This document shows, piece after piece, positions 18,503 through 26,806 of a DNA stretch of 32,000 nucleotides; the first letter of the stretch is position 1; the number at the start of each line of letters is the position of its first letter. The notes under the pieces were generated by a model. The model was given only the letters and a program-made list of their open reading frames with translations, ran no database searches and was not told the DNA's origin. This DNA is from Candidatus Saccharimonadota bacterium (lineage in GTDB: Archaea > Micrarchaeota > Micrarchaeia > Micrarchaeales > Micrarchaeaceae). Location: NCBI GenBank assembly GCA_021654395.1, contig AP024486.1, positions 782,440-814,439 of the forward strand, read 5' to 3'. The translations under genes were made by a program, and so were the position numbers.

Positions 18503-19558
18503 CTAGTAAACTATATGCAGCATCTTTAATGTAAATCCTAGAATTACAAATAGTATCTCAACTATCCAAAAGTATGCAGACACCTCCCATTCTTTACATC
18601 TCTTAAGATTCATTATCAGATGTGTCCAGCTGTATATCTTTTTACCATAAGGTGGTCTAAAGGTTCCATCATCATTAAGCTTGCCGAGATCAGTAACATC
18701 GAATCTCTTCAGCAGATGCCATATAAACTCTATAATCCATGGTATAAATATTACTAATGCAAAAGACTCCATATTTGATATTATTGCAATCTCTGCAAAT
18801 GCACCTCCAAAAGCTAAAGTAAAGCTATCACCGGGTATGATCTTAGATCTATATAGATTAAAGATAAAGAATGGTATTAGAGATCCAGTCATTACTGCAC
18901 TTAGTAGTAAACCAGTGTAATTATGCTCTAATGCGGCATATATTAGAAATGCACTACTTAATATTAATGCTGAACCTGTTGCTAATCCGTCAAATCCTCC
19001 TAAAAGATTAAACGCATTTGATGCAAATATAACTGCAAGAGGCACTATAACTAATGGAAATATATAGCCAAGATTAACGAAGCCTATAAATGGTATAAAG
19101 ATAGTCTCTACTCTTATACTATTTATGAAGACTACAAATGGAATAGATGCTATAAATACCAGTAATGGCTTGTACTTCTGCCTAACTCCTTTCCTTTTAT
19201 CAAGCATACCTGTAGATTTTACAAAGGTCTTTCTTACATTGAGATCATCTATAAAGCCAACTAAGGAGAGTAACGTTATTGATAATGTAACTGCAAATAT
19301 ATAGTTTATCTTTATTAATGGTGTATATAAACCAGAGGTAACACCAAATATATAGGAGGATAAAGCAAGTATTATTGCTATAGGTAATACTATACCTAAG
19401 CCAGAAGGAAGCTCTGGCTTATCCTCTTTATTGTGATCAACAGCTATAACTCCAGCATCGCGCATATACTCCATTACGGCTTTTATTCCAACATATGATG
19501 CTATAAATGCTATTATGAATGGAACTACTAGAGTTAGATGTAATCCAAAGTGAGCCAT
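18503..19558 (-). CDS. glycosyltransferase family 4 polyprenyl-phosphate HexNAc-1-phosphate transferase (AglH/WecA/MraY-like)
   Basis: About 10 hydrophobic helices, GFIDDLN motif and NAFNLLGGFDGLATG motif. Confidence 0.85.
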   Translation of the reverse strand: MAHFGLHLTLVVPFIIAFIASYVGIKAVMEYMRDAGVIAVDHNKEDKPELPSGLGIVLPIAIILALSSYIFGVTSGLYTPLIKINYIFAVTLSITLLSLVGFIDDLNVRKTFVKSTGMLDKRKGVRQKYKPLLVFIASIPFVVFINSIRVETIFIPFIGFVNLGYIFPLVIVPLAVIFASNAFNLLGGFDGLATGSALILSSAFLIYAALEHNYTGLLLSAVMTGSLIPFFIFNLYRSKIIPGDSFTLAFGGAFAEIAIISNMESFALVIFIPWIIEFIWHLLKRFDVTDLGKLNDDGTFRPPYGKKIYSWTHLIMNLKRCKEWEVSAYFWIVEILFVILGFTLKMLHIVY

Positions 19559-19613
19559 AAGTATCTTAAAAGATTTTATTATTCCTATTAATAGTAAAAG
19601 CTTATATTAATCT

Positions 19614-20306
19614 ATGATATTTATGAAGGAGTTTCTTATTGTTGCACATAGAGGTGCAAGCGCTTATGCAAAAGAGAATACTTTAGAGGCTTATAGACTT
19701 GCTATAGAGCAGCATGCAAATGCTATAGAGATAGATGTAAGACTTACAAAGGATAACAAAGCAATATGCTTCCATGATGAAACATTAAGATCGTTTGGCA
19801 TTAATATGAAGCCAGAGGAGATAATGCTTGATTCTATAAAAGATCTTATAGAAAATGATGAGATTGCTTTATTAGATGACGCTTTAGATCTGATAAGAGA
19901 TAAGACATATGTACTATTTGATGTTAGAGATGATAAGGTAGCTGGGTATATCTTAGATAGTATAAGCAAGAATGAGCTTAAGAGAGTATATATAATAAGT
20001 GGAAGAGACTATATTCTTAAAGAAGTAAGAGAGCTAGATGATAAAGTAAAGCTCGGCTTTTGGTATTTCAGATATAGCAACTTAATTAATCTTATAGAAG
20101 AGCTTAATATAGAGCTTATAAAGCCAAATTATAGAGTATGCCATAAGAACGATATAGAAAGGTTTCATAAGCTAAATAGAAAGGTATTAACATGGGTTAT
20201 AAATAACAAAGAAGACATGCAGAGATTTATTGAATATGGAATAGATGGAATAGTTACTGACGATCCAAAGCTACTATACAATACATTAAGACAAACTCTA
20301 TTGTAA
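19614..20306 (+). CDS. glycerophosphodiester phosphodiesterase (GDPD family)
   Basis: VAHRGAS...ENTLEAY...AIEIDVRLTKDNKAICFHDETL catalytic region. Confidence 0.85.
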   Translation: MIFMKEFLIVAHRGASAYAKENTLEAYRLAIEQHANAIEIDVRLTKDNKAICFHDETLRSFGINMKPEEIMLDSIKDLIENDEIALLDDALDLIRDKTYVLFDVRDDKVAGYILDSISKNELKRVYIISGRDYILKEVRELDDKVKLGFWYFRYSNLINLIEELNIELIKPNYRVCHKNDIERFHKLNRKVLTWVINNKEDMQRFIEYGIDGIVTDDPKLLYNTLRQTLL

Positions 20307-20918
20307 CTGCTTTATAACTGTCTCAGTGACATTATATAATATGCTGCTTGCTTGTGTAGCAGATGAGTTATATCTATTAGATGATACTGTTGCAGTAATT
20401 AGATATCTATTTATCAAAGAAGTTACGGAGTAATATTCAGAACCCGCGATTAATAATTTAAATCCAGTTGTTCTTTGTGCTAATGGTATTGTTATATTAA
20501 AAGGCATTATTGTAGAGTTATATGTAACATTCGATATATTTTCAAATGCTTTTAATGATTCATTGTTATTATTATATTTTATTACTCTTAAAATTAAAGA
20601 ATAATTAGATGCATTGTATATATCTAATTCTCCATATAATGATCCATTATTTAAACCACTTGGTATCATTGATTGACTTAAAACATTAAATTGAGTTCTA
20701 TTTAATAAACCAAACGCCTTTGGAGGATCATATATATAATTGCTAGTATTAGTTATGTTGCTTGATATAGTAGTTGTTGTAATTTTTGTAGATGTAGTAT
20801 AAATTGTTGTTGAAATTTTGTTTTGATTTATACTTTTAAATGCATATAAAGCCGCTAGCAATATTATTACTATTATTAAGACTATAATTATTATTGATTT
20901 ATTATTCATATTCATCAT
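20298..20918 (-). CDS. N-terminally membrane-anchored, sequon-rich surface protein
   Basis: MMNMNNKSIIIIVLIIVIILLAALYAF anchor, followed by ~13 N-x-S/T sequons (hand count). The ATG at 20918 overlaps the TGA of the -1-frame ORF upstream (ATGA). The ORF-track start 20945 would give a 31-nt overlap. Confidence 0.7.
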   Translation of the reverse strand: MMNMNNKSIIIIVLIIVIILLAALYAFKSINQNKISTTIYTTSTKITTTTISSNITNTSNYIYDPPKAFGLLNRTQFNVLSQSMIPSGLNNGSLYGELDIYNASNYSLILRVIKYNNNNESLKAFENISNVTYNSTIMPFNITIPLAQRTTGFKLLIAGSEYYSVTSLINRYLITATVSSNRYNSSATQASSILYNVTETVIKQLQ

Positions 20919-21091
20919 CCTACTTGACAGCCAGATGGTTGGCATGTGTTACTATATGTAAGTGAACAACTGCCTTGGCTTGTACCGCTAACACAAGAGT
21001 AGAGGGTATAACAGTATACACCTGCACGTACACAGCTACCTTTGACACAAAAATCAAAAACTGTATAGCTTCCAGACGTACAGTAAGTACT
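20915..21091 (-). other. -1-frame continuation of the upstream pilin-like CDS encoding a second 8-Cys module
   Basis: The frame of ORF 20915..21226 reads STYCTSGSYTVFDFCVKGSCVRAGVYCYTLYSCVSGTSQGSCSLTYSNTCQPSGCQVG*. It has 8 Cys, as does the in-frame module upstream, and is preceded by the same kind of S/T linker. Confidence 0.6.
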
Positions 21092-22308
21092 GTTGTTGAT
21101 GAAGTTGATGTAGTCGATGTTGTAGATATAGAGGTTGTAGTAGAATAGCATACATAACCTGCTGTGATTCCACCAGGGCAGTGGTTTTGTGCTTGATAAG
21201 GGCAGCTTGAAGGGCAGCCAGAACATATAAATCTATGCTGTGCACAGCTGTATGAAGTCTCACCACAGCTACACACTGGCAGTGTTGAGAGTGATGAAGT
21301 TGACGAACTAGATGAAGTTGACGACGTTGAAGTTGTTGAAGAAGTCGATGTTGTAGAAGATGTAGAGGTTGTCGATGTAGTAGTTGTTGTAGTTGTAGAA
21401 GTTGTCGTAAAGGTAATTACCGTTGGACCCAGAGTTGACGTAGTCGTAGTAGTTGTAGAGGTTGTAGATATAGTAGGAATTGTTGTAGATGTAGAAGAGG
21501 TAGATGTAGAGGTTGTTGGAGATGTTGTAGATGTAGATGATGTAGAAGTTGATGTTGTTGGAGATGTTGTAGAAGTTGATGTTGTTGGAGATGTTGTAGA
21601 TGTAGATGATGTGGATGTAGATAATGAAGACGTTGTTGATGTAGTAGATGTAGTTGTCTGTATAGAGGTTGTTGAGATACTTGTAGATAAAGATGTTGTT
21701 GCTGATGTAGATATAGATGTAGTTGGTATAGATGTAGTAGAGCTTGTTGTAGTTATGCTAACAGCTGCTGTATGCAGTGTAAGAGATATAGCTGCGCTAT
21801 TAGGAAATCCGTTATTAAGATCATAATACTTTATAACAACATATCCTGAGTATAATGAGCCTGTTGGCTGAGCATATAGCTTATTATTATAATAGCAGTT
21901 AACCTCTAGATCTACTGACTGACCTGGTGCTAATGTAACCTGTGGGGTTACATTCTGAAATACTAGATTGTTTTGACTATTTGAGCATGCTATAGCTGTT
22001 ATATTTATTGGATACTGCTCATTAGATGTTATCCTTACTAATGCTCTGCCCGAAGTATTCAGCAATGCTTCGTTGCATTGAAAGCTGCTCTGAGCTATAC
22101 ATGAATTTGATACAAATGATGTAGAGTTAAATACATGCAGATAGAGCAGGATAACAAGTATAGCTGCTATTATTATTAATGCCCATCCATAAGTTATTAA
22201 GAAATCTAGTGCTGCTTGCTGCCTTTTATTCTTATTGCTAACTCTTGCTTTAATGCTATATGCTTTATTCTTATTATTTATGCTTCTTGCTTTACTGCTT
22301 CTTCTCAT
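20920..22308 (-). CDS. class III signal peptide (pilin-like) protein with long Ser/Thr tract and Cys-rich module; 3' end probably frame-disrupted
   Basis: RQQAALDFLITYGWALIIIAAILVILLYLHVF prepilin-like N-terminus, then NSCIAQSSFQCN. S/T tract spans residues ~184-343. The 8-Cys module is CSCGETSYSCAQHRFICSGCPSSCPYQAQNHCPGGITAGYVC. The last 56 residues in this frame are Cys-free and atypical. Confidence 0.75.
   Translation of the reverse strand: MRRSSKARSINNKNKAYSIKARVSNKNKRQQAALDFLITYGWALIIIAAILVILLYLHVFNSTSFVSNSCIAQSSFQCNEALLNTSGRALVRITSNEQYPINITAIACSNSQNNLVFQNVTPQVTLAPGQSVDLEVNCYYNNKLYAQPTGSLYSGYVVIKYYDLNNGFPNSAAISLTLHTAAVSITTTSSTTSIPTTSISTSATTSLSTSISTTSIQTTTSTTSTTSSLSTSTSSTSTTSPTTSTSTTSPTTSTSTSSTSTTSPTTSTSTSSTSTTIPTISTTSTTTTTTSTLGPTVITFTTTSTTTTTTTSTTSTSSTTSTSSTTSTSSTSSSSSTSSLSTLPVCSCGETSYSCAQHRFICSGCPSSCPYQAQNHCPGGITAGYVCYSTTTSISTTSTTSTSSTTVLTVRLEAIQFLIFVSKVAVYVQVYTVIPSTLVLAVQAKAVVHLHIVTHANHLAVK
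21280..21759 (-). repeat. Ser/Thr(/Pro)-coding imperfect tandem repeat tract
   Basis: The 19-nt core GTTGTTGGAGATGTTGTAG recurs at 21512, 21554 and 21581 (spacings of 42 and 27 nt) within a GT-rich plus strand. It encodes TSPTTSTSTSSTSTT-type units. Confidence 0.9.
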
Positions 22309-22357
22309 CGATTATCATTTATAAGTAAATATTAATAAATTTTTATATTTTTTAGTA

Positions 22358-22429
22358 TGGGCCTGCGGAGAGTCGAACTCCGATCTCTACCGTGTGAGGG
22401 TAGCGTCTTAACCGTTGGACTACAGGCCC
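22358..22429 (-). tRNA. tRNA-Val (anticodon CAC)
   Basis: The reverse complement reads GGGCCTG-TA-GTCC-AACGGTTA-AGAC-G-CTACC-CTCACAC-GGTAG-AGAT-CGGAG-TTCGACT-CTCCG-CAGGCCC-A, a clean cloverleaf. No encoded CCA. Confidence 0.9.
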
Positions 22430-22524
22430 AATCTAATATCTGATTATTAAAAGATTACTTGTAGAAAGATATATTAATAGGAATAAACAAATTATTATTA
22501 ACTTTCGGTATTAATCAGATATAG

Positions 22525-22761
22525 GTGTTAGATTTGAGAGGAAGAGAGACCATAGTAATATGCGATGCTTGTGGTAGAAAGATTCCTAGAAATAAAGCAG
22601 TTGCTGTAGAGAAACCTATAAACTTAGGAGTTAGTGGGGATCTAGGAAATGTAAGATTATTCGAAAAGAGGAAGGTTTATTACTGTATAAGCTGTGCTAA
22701 GCATAGAGGTATATTCGAGATGAAGAAGAGGATGAATAGAAAGGAAGAGAGATATGAATAA
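22525..22761 (+). CDS. rps26e: 30S ribosomal protein eS26
   Basis: VICDACGRKIPRNKAV and YYCISCAKHRG match the two Cys pairs and flanks of eS26 (C..CG..vPkDKA / hYCvSCAiH). 22525 is GTG; an in-frame TTG at 22534 lies 7 nt after AGGTG. Confidence 0.7.
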   Translation: MLDLRGRETIVICDACGRKIPRNKAVAVEKPINLGVSGDLGNVRLFEKRKVYYCISCAKHRGIFEMKKRMNRKEERYE

Positions 22762-23563
22762 TGACTCGAATGAGTCAGAGTTAGCCATAATAAAAAATAG
22801 AAGAAATCCAGAAGAAGATGCTAATAGATATCTTAATATCATAAACTCTTATTTTGTAAATCAGAGGGCATCTTCTCAGAAAAAAGCGGTTAAGAGCCAA
22901 GTAGCTAAGCAATCTGTAAGCAAAGAGCAGAAGAAGAAGCTCACAGCAAACCAGAAGAAAAGGAGAATAGATGCTGCGAATAAGGTCTGTGTGTGGCATC
23001 CTTGGCGCAGAGCATATGCTATATGTGCTTATTGCAATAGAGCATTCTGCTATGAAGATCTAGAAGAGCTTAATGGAGATTATTACTGTCTAGAGGATGT
23101 AAATAAGGTAGCCTTTGAAAGCCAGCAGAATTTAGACTTTAATAAGCTATACCTGCTTGGAAGTATACTGCTTGTATCATTAATATTTGTATACTCGTTT
23201 ATACTACCAAGCTCATTAAATAGCATAATAGATATTATAACATCGTCTAATCTTAATGTTATAGTACAAAAGATATTATCTTTTAATCTACCAATAATAA
23301 TACTAATATTAACTTATCTACTATTATCTATAAGCTTTATTAGCGGATTAATAACATTAGTAATACCCGAGAAAGGATATGCTATCTCTATAGCTATAGC
23401 GCTTCTAGAGTTTGGATTATTTTTATATAACTATGTAAATACCCTAACGTTAGGTTATCTTATAGCTGCTATTATATCTATTATAGCATTAGTAAGCATG
23501 GCTGCTTCAAAGAAAGGATCATCTATAGCTGCAGAGACAGCAGGCAGCAGTGCAGTATACTAA
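22754..23563 (+). CDS. B-box/zinc-ribbon-like membrane protein
   Basis: Cys/His cluster CVWHPWRRAYAICAYCNRAFCYEDLEELNGDYYC, followed by ~4 hydrophobic helices. The ATG overlaps the eS26 3' end by 8 nt. Confidence 0.6.
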   Translation: MNNDSNESELAIIKNRRNPEEDANRYLNIINSYFVNQRASSQKKAVKSQVAKQSVSKEQKKKLTANQKKRRIDAANKVCVWHPWRRAYAICAYCNRAFCYEDLEELNGDYYCLEDVNKVAFESQQNLDFNKLYLLGSILLVSLIFVYSFILPSSLNSIIDIITSSNLNVIVQKILSFNLPIIILILTYLLLSISFISGLITLVIPEKGYAISIAIALLEFGLFLYNYVNTLTLGYLIAAIISIIALVSMAASKKGSSIAAETAGSSAVY

Positions 23564-23641
23564 ATACCTTAAATAAAATAAAAGTATTAAAAAGCTTTAT
23601 AATACTTAAATCTATAAGGTATTAATTATAGGTGCTTGATA

Positions 23642-23983
23642 ATGCTTGGATCAGAGCTTATATCTCAAGAGCCAGTATCAGTTGTTGAAGTATTAGAGAT
23701 CTTAGAGAAGATAGAAAGCAGATATGGATTGAGCTATGAGCAGAAGCTATTAAAGGACTATATAAAAGCTATAGATATAGATTTTAGATACTCAAAGAGG
23801 CTGTTAGAGACTGCTATAAATGAGAATATTAATAAAGATATCGCTACAAAGCTATCGGAGCTTGGAGAGCTCGCATTCAATGAAGCAGTGATAAAGCAAG
23901 CAGCTATCCCTATAAAAGATCTCTCTGAAAAGGATATATCAAAGATAGTATCTATAAAAAGCAAAGTGGAGGTTAATGAGTAA
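23642..23983 (+). CDS. rpoF: DNA-directed RNA polymerase subunit Rpo4 (RpoF)
   Basis: ~113-aa acidic helical protein (VSVVEVLEILEKIE...) immediately upstream of a DUF655 gene, which is the conserved archaeal rpoF-COG1491 pairing. GGTG lies 8 nt upstream of the ATG at 23642; track start 23636 is TTG. Confidence 0.65.
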   Translation: MLGSELISQEPVSVVEVLEILEKIESRYGLSYEQKLLKDYIKAIDIDFRYSKRLLETAINENINKDIATKLSELGELAFNEAVIKQAAIPIKDLSEKDISKIVSIKSKVEVNE

Positions 23984-23990
23984 GATTAAA

Positions 23991-23998
23991 GAGGTGAT
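23991..23998 (+). promoter_or_regulatory. Shine-Dalgarno-like GAGGTGAT upstream of the DUF655 gene
   Basis: An 8-nt match to the complement of the archaeal 16S rRNA 3' end consensus, 3 nt before the ATG at 24002. Confidence 0.5.
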
Positions 23999-24001
23999 AC
24001 C

Positions 24002-24583
24002 ATGCATAAGGAAGAAGACAGAAGAGAGCAGAGTAGAAAAGAGGATTATGCTAGAGTACTCGATTACTTGCCTACTGGCAAGTCTTTTTCTAGAAATCCA
24101 GAGCCATTAGTACAGCTTATTGGAGAGTCTTACTTTACGCTTCTTGAAGCAATGCCAAAGATTGGCATCTCTTTAAATCTTAATGAAAGAGTCTATATAG
24201 GAAATACTGAGAATAGAGAGAAGATAAGCATAATAAAGAGAAGGATATCTTACGATGAGCTTACACAGACTGCATTGACTCAGCTTTATACATCAATAAG
24301 AGATATTGTAGCATCAAATGAGGCAAGATTTGTTAACTTCTATAATACTGCACCAGCTATAAATATGAGAGAGCATTCTTTAGAGCTATTACCAGGTATT
24401 GGAAGGAAGCTGGCTAATAAGATTATAGAAGAAAGAGAGAAGAAGCCTTTTGAAAGCTTTAAGGAGCTAGAGAATAGAACAGGTATACCAGACCCTATAA
24501 AGCCTGTTGTTGAAAGAGTAGTACAAGAGCTAAAGGGTAATGAGAAGCTCTATCTATTTGTAAATCCTTTTATAAAAAGATAA
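24002..24583 (+). CDS. DUF655 (COG1491) predicted RNA-binding protein
   Basis: N-terminal EDYARVLDYLPTGK, central LLEAMPK...ERVYIG, C-terminal HSLELLPGIGRKLANKIIEERE helix-hairpin-helix. Confidence 0.85.
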   Translation: MHKEEDRREQSRKEDYARVLDYLPTGKSFSRNPEPLVQLIGESYFTLLEAMPKIGISLNLNERVYIGNTENREKISIIKRRISYDELTQTALTQLYTSIRDIVASNEARFVNFYNTAPAINMREHSLELLPGIGRKLANKIIEEREKKPFESFKELENRTGIPDPIKPVVERVVQELKGNEKLYLFVNPFIKR

Positions 24584-24596
24584 GAAGTCAGTAGTA

Positions 24597-24881
24597 TTAC
24601 TCTAAGCGTTTTAGATCTACTGGATGAAGCATCAGATACTTGCTAACAGATCCTTCTTTGATCTCTACTACGTATGCTCTACCTCTCTTTTCTACTATCC
24701 TTCCAACTTTTCCTTTGAATCTTGCATGTATCTTTATATCTGGAGATCTTGGAAAGATTATTGCTTTGTCTCCTATATTAAAGCTCTTTATATACTCGTA
24801 TATGCTTACCTGAGATGGCTTTACATTACTAAATATATTTCTAGATCTACCTGCTATTATACCCTTTGATCCCTTTCCCAT
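24597..24881 (-). CDS. rpl21e: 50S ribosomal protein L21e
   Basis: MGKGSKGIIAGRSRNIF...FNIGDKAII...ARFKGKVGRIVEKRGRAYVVEI...HPVDLKRL follows the L21e pattern. Confidence 0.9.
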   Translation of the reverse strand: MGKGSKGIIAGRSRNIFSNVKPSQVSIYEYIKSFNIGDKAIIFPRSPDIKIHARFKGKVGRIVEKRGRAYVVEIKEGSVSKYLMLHPVDLKRLE

Positions 24882-24928
24882 CTATATCACTATAAGAGAT
24901 CTTTTAATACAAGATATATTTAAAAGCT

Positions 24929-25762
24929 TTAATCTAGCTGCTCAAATGTGCTAAGATTTACGGCTACATGATAGTTAGATATGCTGCTTGGTAATCTATT
25001 ATAAGGGTTACTTATACCTTGCTTTAAGAATGCAATCTCTAATGTTAGATTCTGATTCTGCTTTAATGGCTCGTTTAAGAGTACATAAAAACTTGCAGAG
25101 CTTGATGTATTTGAGCAGCCAGATACACAAGTGCTTAGTAATGGTGTATAGTTATTTAAGAATACTATATTGCTTAAGCTGCTGCTCTCTATATCTGTAT
25201 AGTTCTTAGGATCTATAGTAAATGATACTGCCGCATCTGCTGGTATAATTGGATAATCTGTATCTTTTATGCTTATAAGCTGCAATGCTATGGCGCTTGT
25301 ATAGTTATCTTCTATATGAAGCTGCTTTATGAATAGATTGTCTGTTTGGTTTATATAAAGCATAGCATTATATATTACAGAGATCTTATAGAAGCGATTC
25401 TGATATATAGCAATTGATTGATTTATAATAGAGATATTATAGTCTAGCTGCTTACTAAGATTTTCTGTATACCTATGCATGCTCTGATTTATAGAGTTTG
25501 CTATAAGATACTGCGTAGTGCTATTTATCGGATAGTAGAAGTTATCTGCTACTGCTGAGTATATCGCGCTGGTAAGCATAGATCTTATATCGCTATATAT
25601 TAGATAGTAGCTACTACTAGAGTCTCTTAGCTGATATAATGCCTGCAGTGATTGACTTAGCAGTATATTCTGTAATGCGTATGTAATTATTAAGCTAAAT
25701 ATAATAATGAATATTATAAATATCGTTAAAGTAAAGACAAATCCTCTCTTCTTATAGATCAT
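24929..25762 (-). CDS. pilin-like protein (minor pilin candidate), sequon-rich
   Basis: N-terminus MIYKKRGFVFTLTIFIIFIIIFSLIITYAL: basic residues, Gly, then a hydrophobic helix, resembling G/FTL-type prepilin leaders. About 12 N-x-S/T sequons. It is the last gene of a 4-gene head-to-tail operon. Confidence 0.6.
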   Translation of the reverse strand: MIYKKRGFVFTLTIFIIFIIIFSLIITYALQNILLSQSLQALYQLRDSSSSYYLIYSDIRSMLTSAIYSAVADNFYYPINSTTQYLIANSINQSMHRYTENLSKQLDYNISIINQSIAIYQNRFYKISVIYNAMLYINQTDNLFIKQLHIEDNYTSAIALQLISIKDTDYPIIPADAAVSFTIDPKNYTDIESSSLSNIVFLNNYTPLLSTCVSGCSNTSSSASFYVLLNEPLKQNQNLTLEIAFLKQGISNPYNRLPSSISNYHVAVNLSTFEQLD

Positions 25763-25764
25763 AC

Positions 25765-26271
25765 CTATCCAACTCTATATATAAGAACCTTATAGGCATT
25801 ATTATTATAATAGACGTAGATCTCTGAGCCAGCTATAGTCTGATTTGCATATATAGATGATATACTCTGCTCCTCTAGGCTATTAAATCTAAGATTATAG
25901 TAGTAGCATGTACTATCTACGCATATTCCGTAGTATCTTGTATCTATTATATGCGTCTCTATATAAGCTATAGCTAGAGGATTATTATGCTGATTTAGAT
26001 ATACTAGAGCATATGCTATGCTGTAATATCCAGGAACATAAGTACCATTTATTATATATCCATCTTGATTATAAGAGTAGTTACAAGGCGCTATATAATT
26101 ACAAAAGTAGTATATCTGCTCATTTAGCTGACTTACATCTTGCTTTATATTTGAATAAGGAGTATTGTACTGCTGCTCTGCAAATGCTATAGCTACAGAT
26201 AATGCAGCCACTATAAGTGCTGTTACTATTAGGCTAAACAATGCATCTATACTGAATATTATTAGTTTCAT
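25765..26271 (-). CDS. pilin-like protein (minor pilin candidate)
   Basis: N-terminus MKLIIFSIDALFSLIVTALIVAALSVAIAFA parallels MKLQIYSLDIMVAL of the upstream gene. 1-2 nt gaps to its neighbours. Confidence 0.6.
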   Translation of the reverse strand: MKLIIFSIDALFSLIVTALIVAALSVAIAFAEQQYNTPYSNIKQDVSQLNEQIYYFCNYIAPCNYSYNQDGYIINGTYVPGYYSIAYALVYLNQHNNPLAIAYIETHIIDTRYYGICVDSTCYYYNLRFNSLEEQSISSIYANQTIAGSEIYVYYNNNAYKVLIYRVG

Positions 26272-26272
26272 A

Positions 26273-26806
26273 CTAATCCCACAGCTCTATATAAACCTCT
26301 ACAGGGTAGCTTCCAATATATGTAAGCCTTCTTTCTACATATACATCATTTGCATTCTTCGGCTTCTTTCCTATTGATATATTTATAGAGCTATTCTCCA
26401 TGCCTATTATATTGATATAGTAGTTATATTGAGAGCCAAGTGCCACTTGCGTCATAGAGTAATTAAGATTACTCATAGCTATAAGAGTATATAGCTTCTC
26501 TGGCATTATCGTATTATTGCTACCAAGTATCCCTGGAGTTATAAGAGGCCATTGCTGAGGATCACTTAGATTTACATAATCATACCAGTTGCTTGGATAT
26601 CCTTCAGAGAGTATATTGCTATATACAGATAACACAGAGTATGGAATCTCTGCCTGATTGTTATAGCTGTTGAATGAAAGATCTGTAGCTATAGAGTTAT
26701 AATAGAACATAATAAAAGTTAAGCTTATTGCAAATACGGCTAATGCAACCATTATATCCAAGCTATATATCTGTAGCTTCATGTACATCTTAATCAACAT
26801 CTCCAT
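26273..26806 (-). CDS. pilin-like protein (minor pilin candidate)
   Basis: MKLQIYSLDIMVALAVFAISLTFIMF leader and helix. Several candidate ATGs (26806, 26800, 26788, 26782); 26782 gives the short MKLQ leader and avoids overlap with the upstream stop at 26790. Confidence 0.6.
   Translation of the reverse strand: MEMLIKMYMKLQIYSLDIMVALAVFAISLTFIMFYYNSIATDLSFNSYNNQAEIPYSVLSVYSNILSEGYPSNWYDYVNLSDPQQWPLITPGILGSNNTIMPEKLYTLIAMSNLNYSMTQVALGSQYNYYINIIGMENSSINISIGKKPKNANDVYVERRLTYIGSYPVEVYIELWD

Noticed and set aside
21054-21266. Third minus-strand ORF (70 aa, MVRLHTAVHSIDLY...) overlapping the Cys-rich region
   Set aside because: All three minus frames are open here because of the compositional bias. 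This frame has neither Cys periodicity nor S/T linker logic, unlike the other two.
21280-21760. Short tandem repeats that could superficially suggest a CRISPR-like or satellite array
   Set aside because: The units are irregular (27/42 nt) with no unique spacers. The whole tract lies inside a long ORF and translates to a continuous Ser/Thr tract, so it is a coding low-complexity repeat.
21611-21826. Plus-strand ORF MDVDNEDVVDVVDVVV... (71 aa)
   Set aside because: It is the antisense reading of the Ser/Thr codon repeats (GTN/GAT-rich complement). It is a low-complexity mirror ORF with no independent start or stop context.
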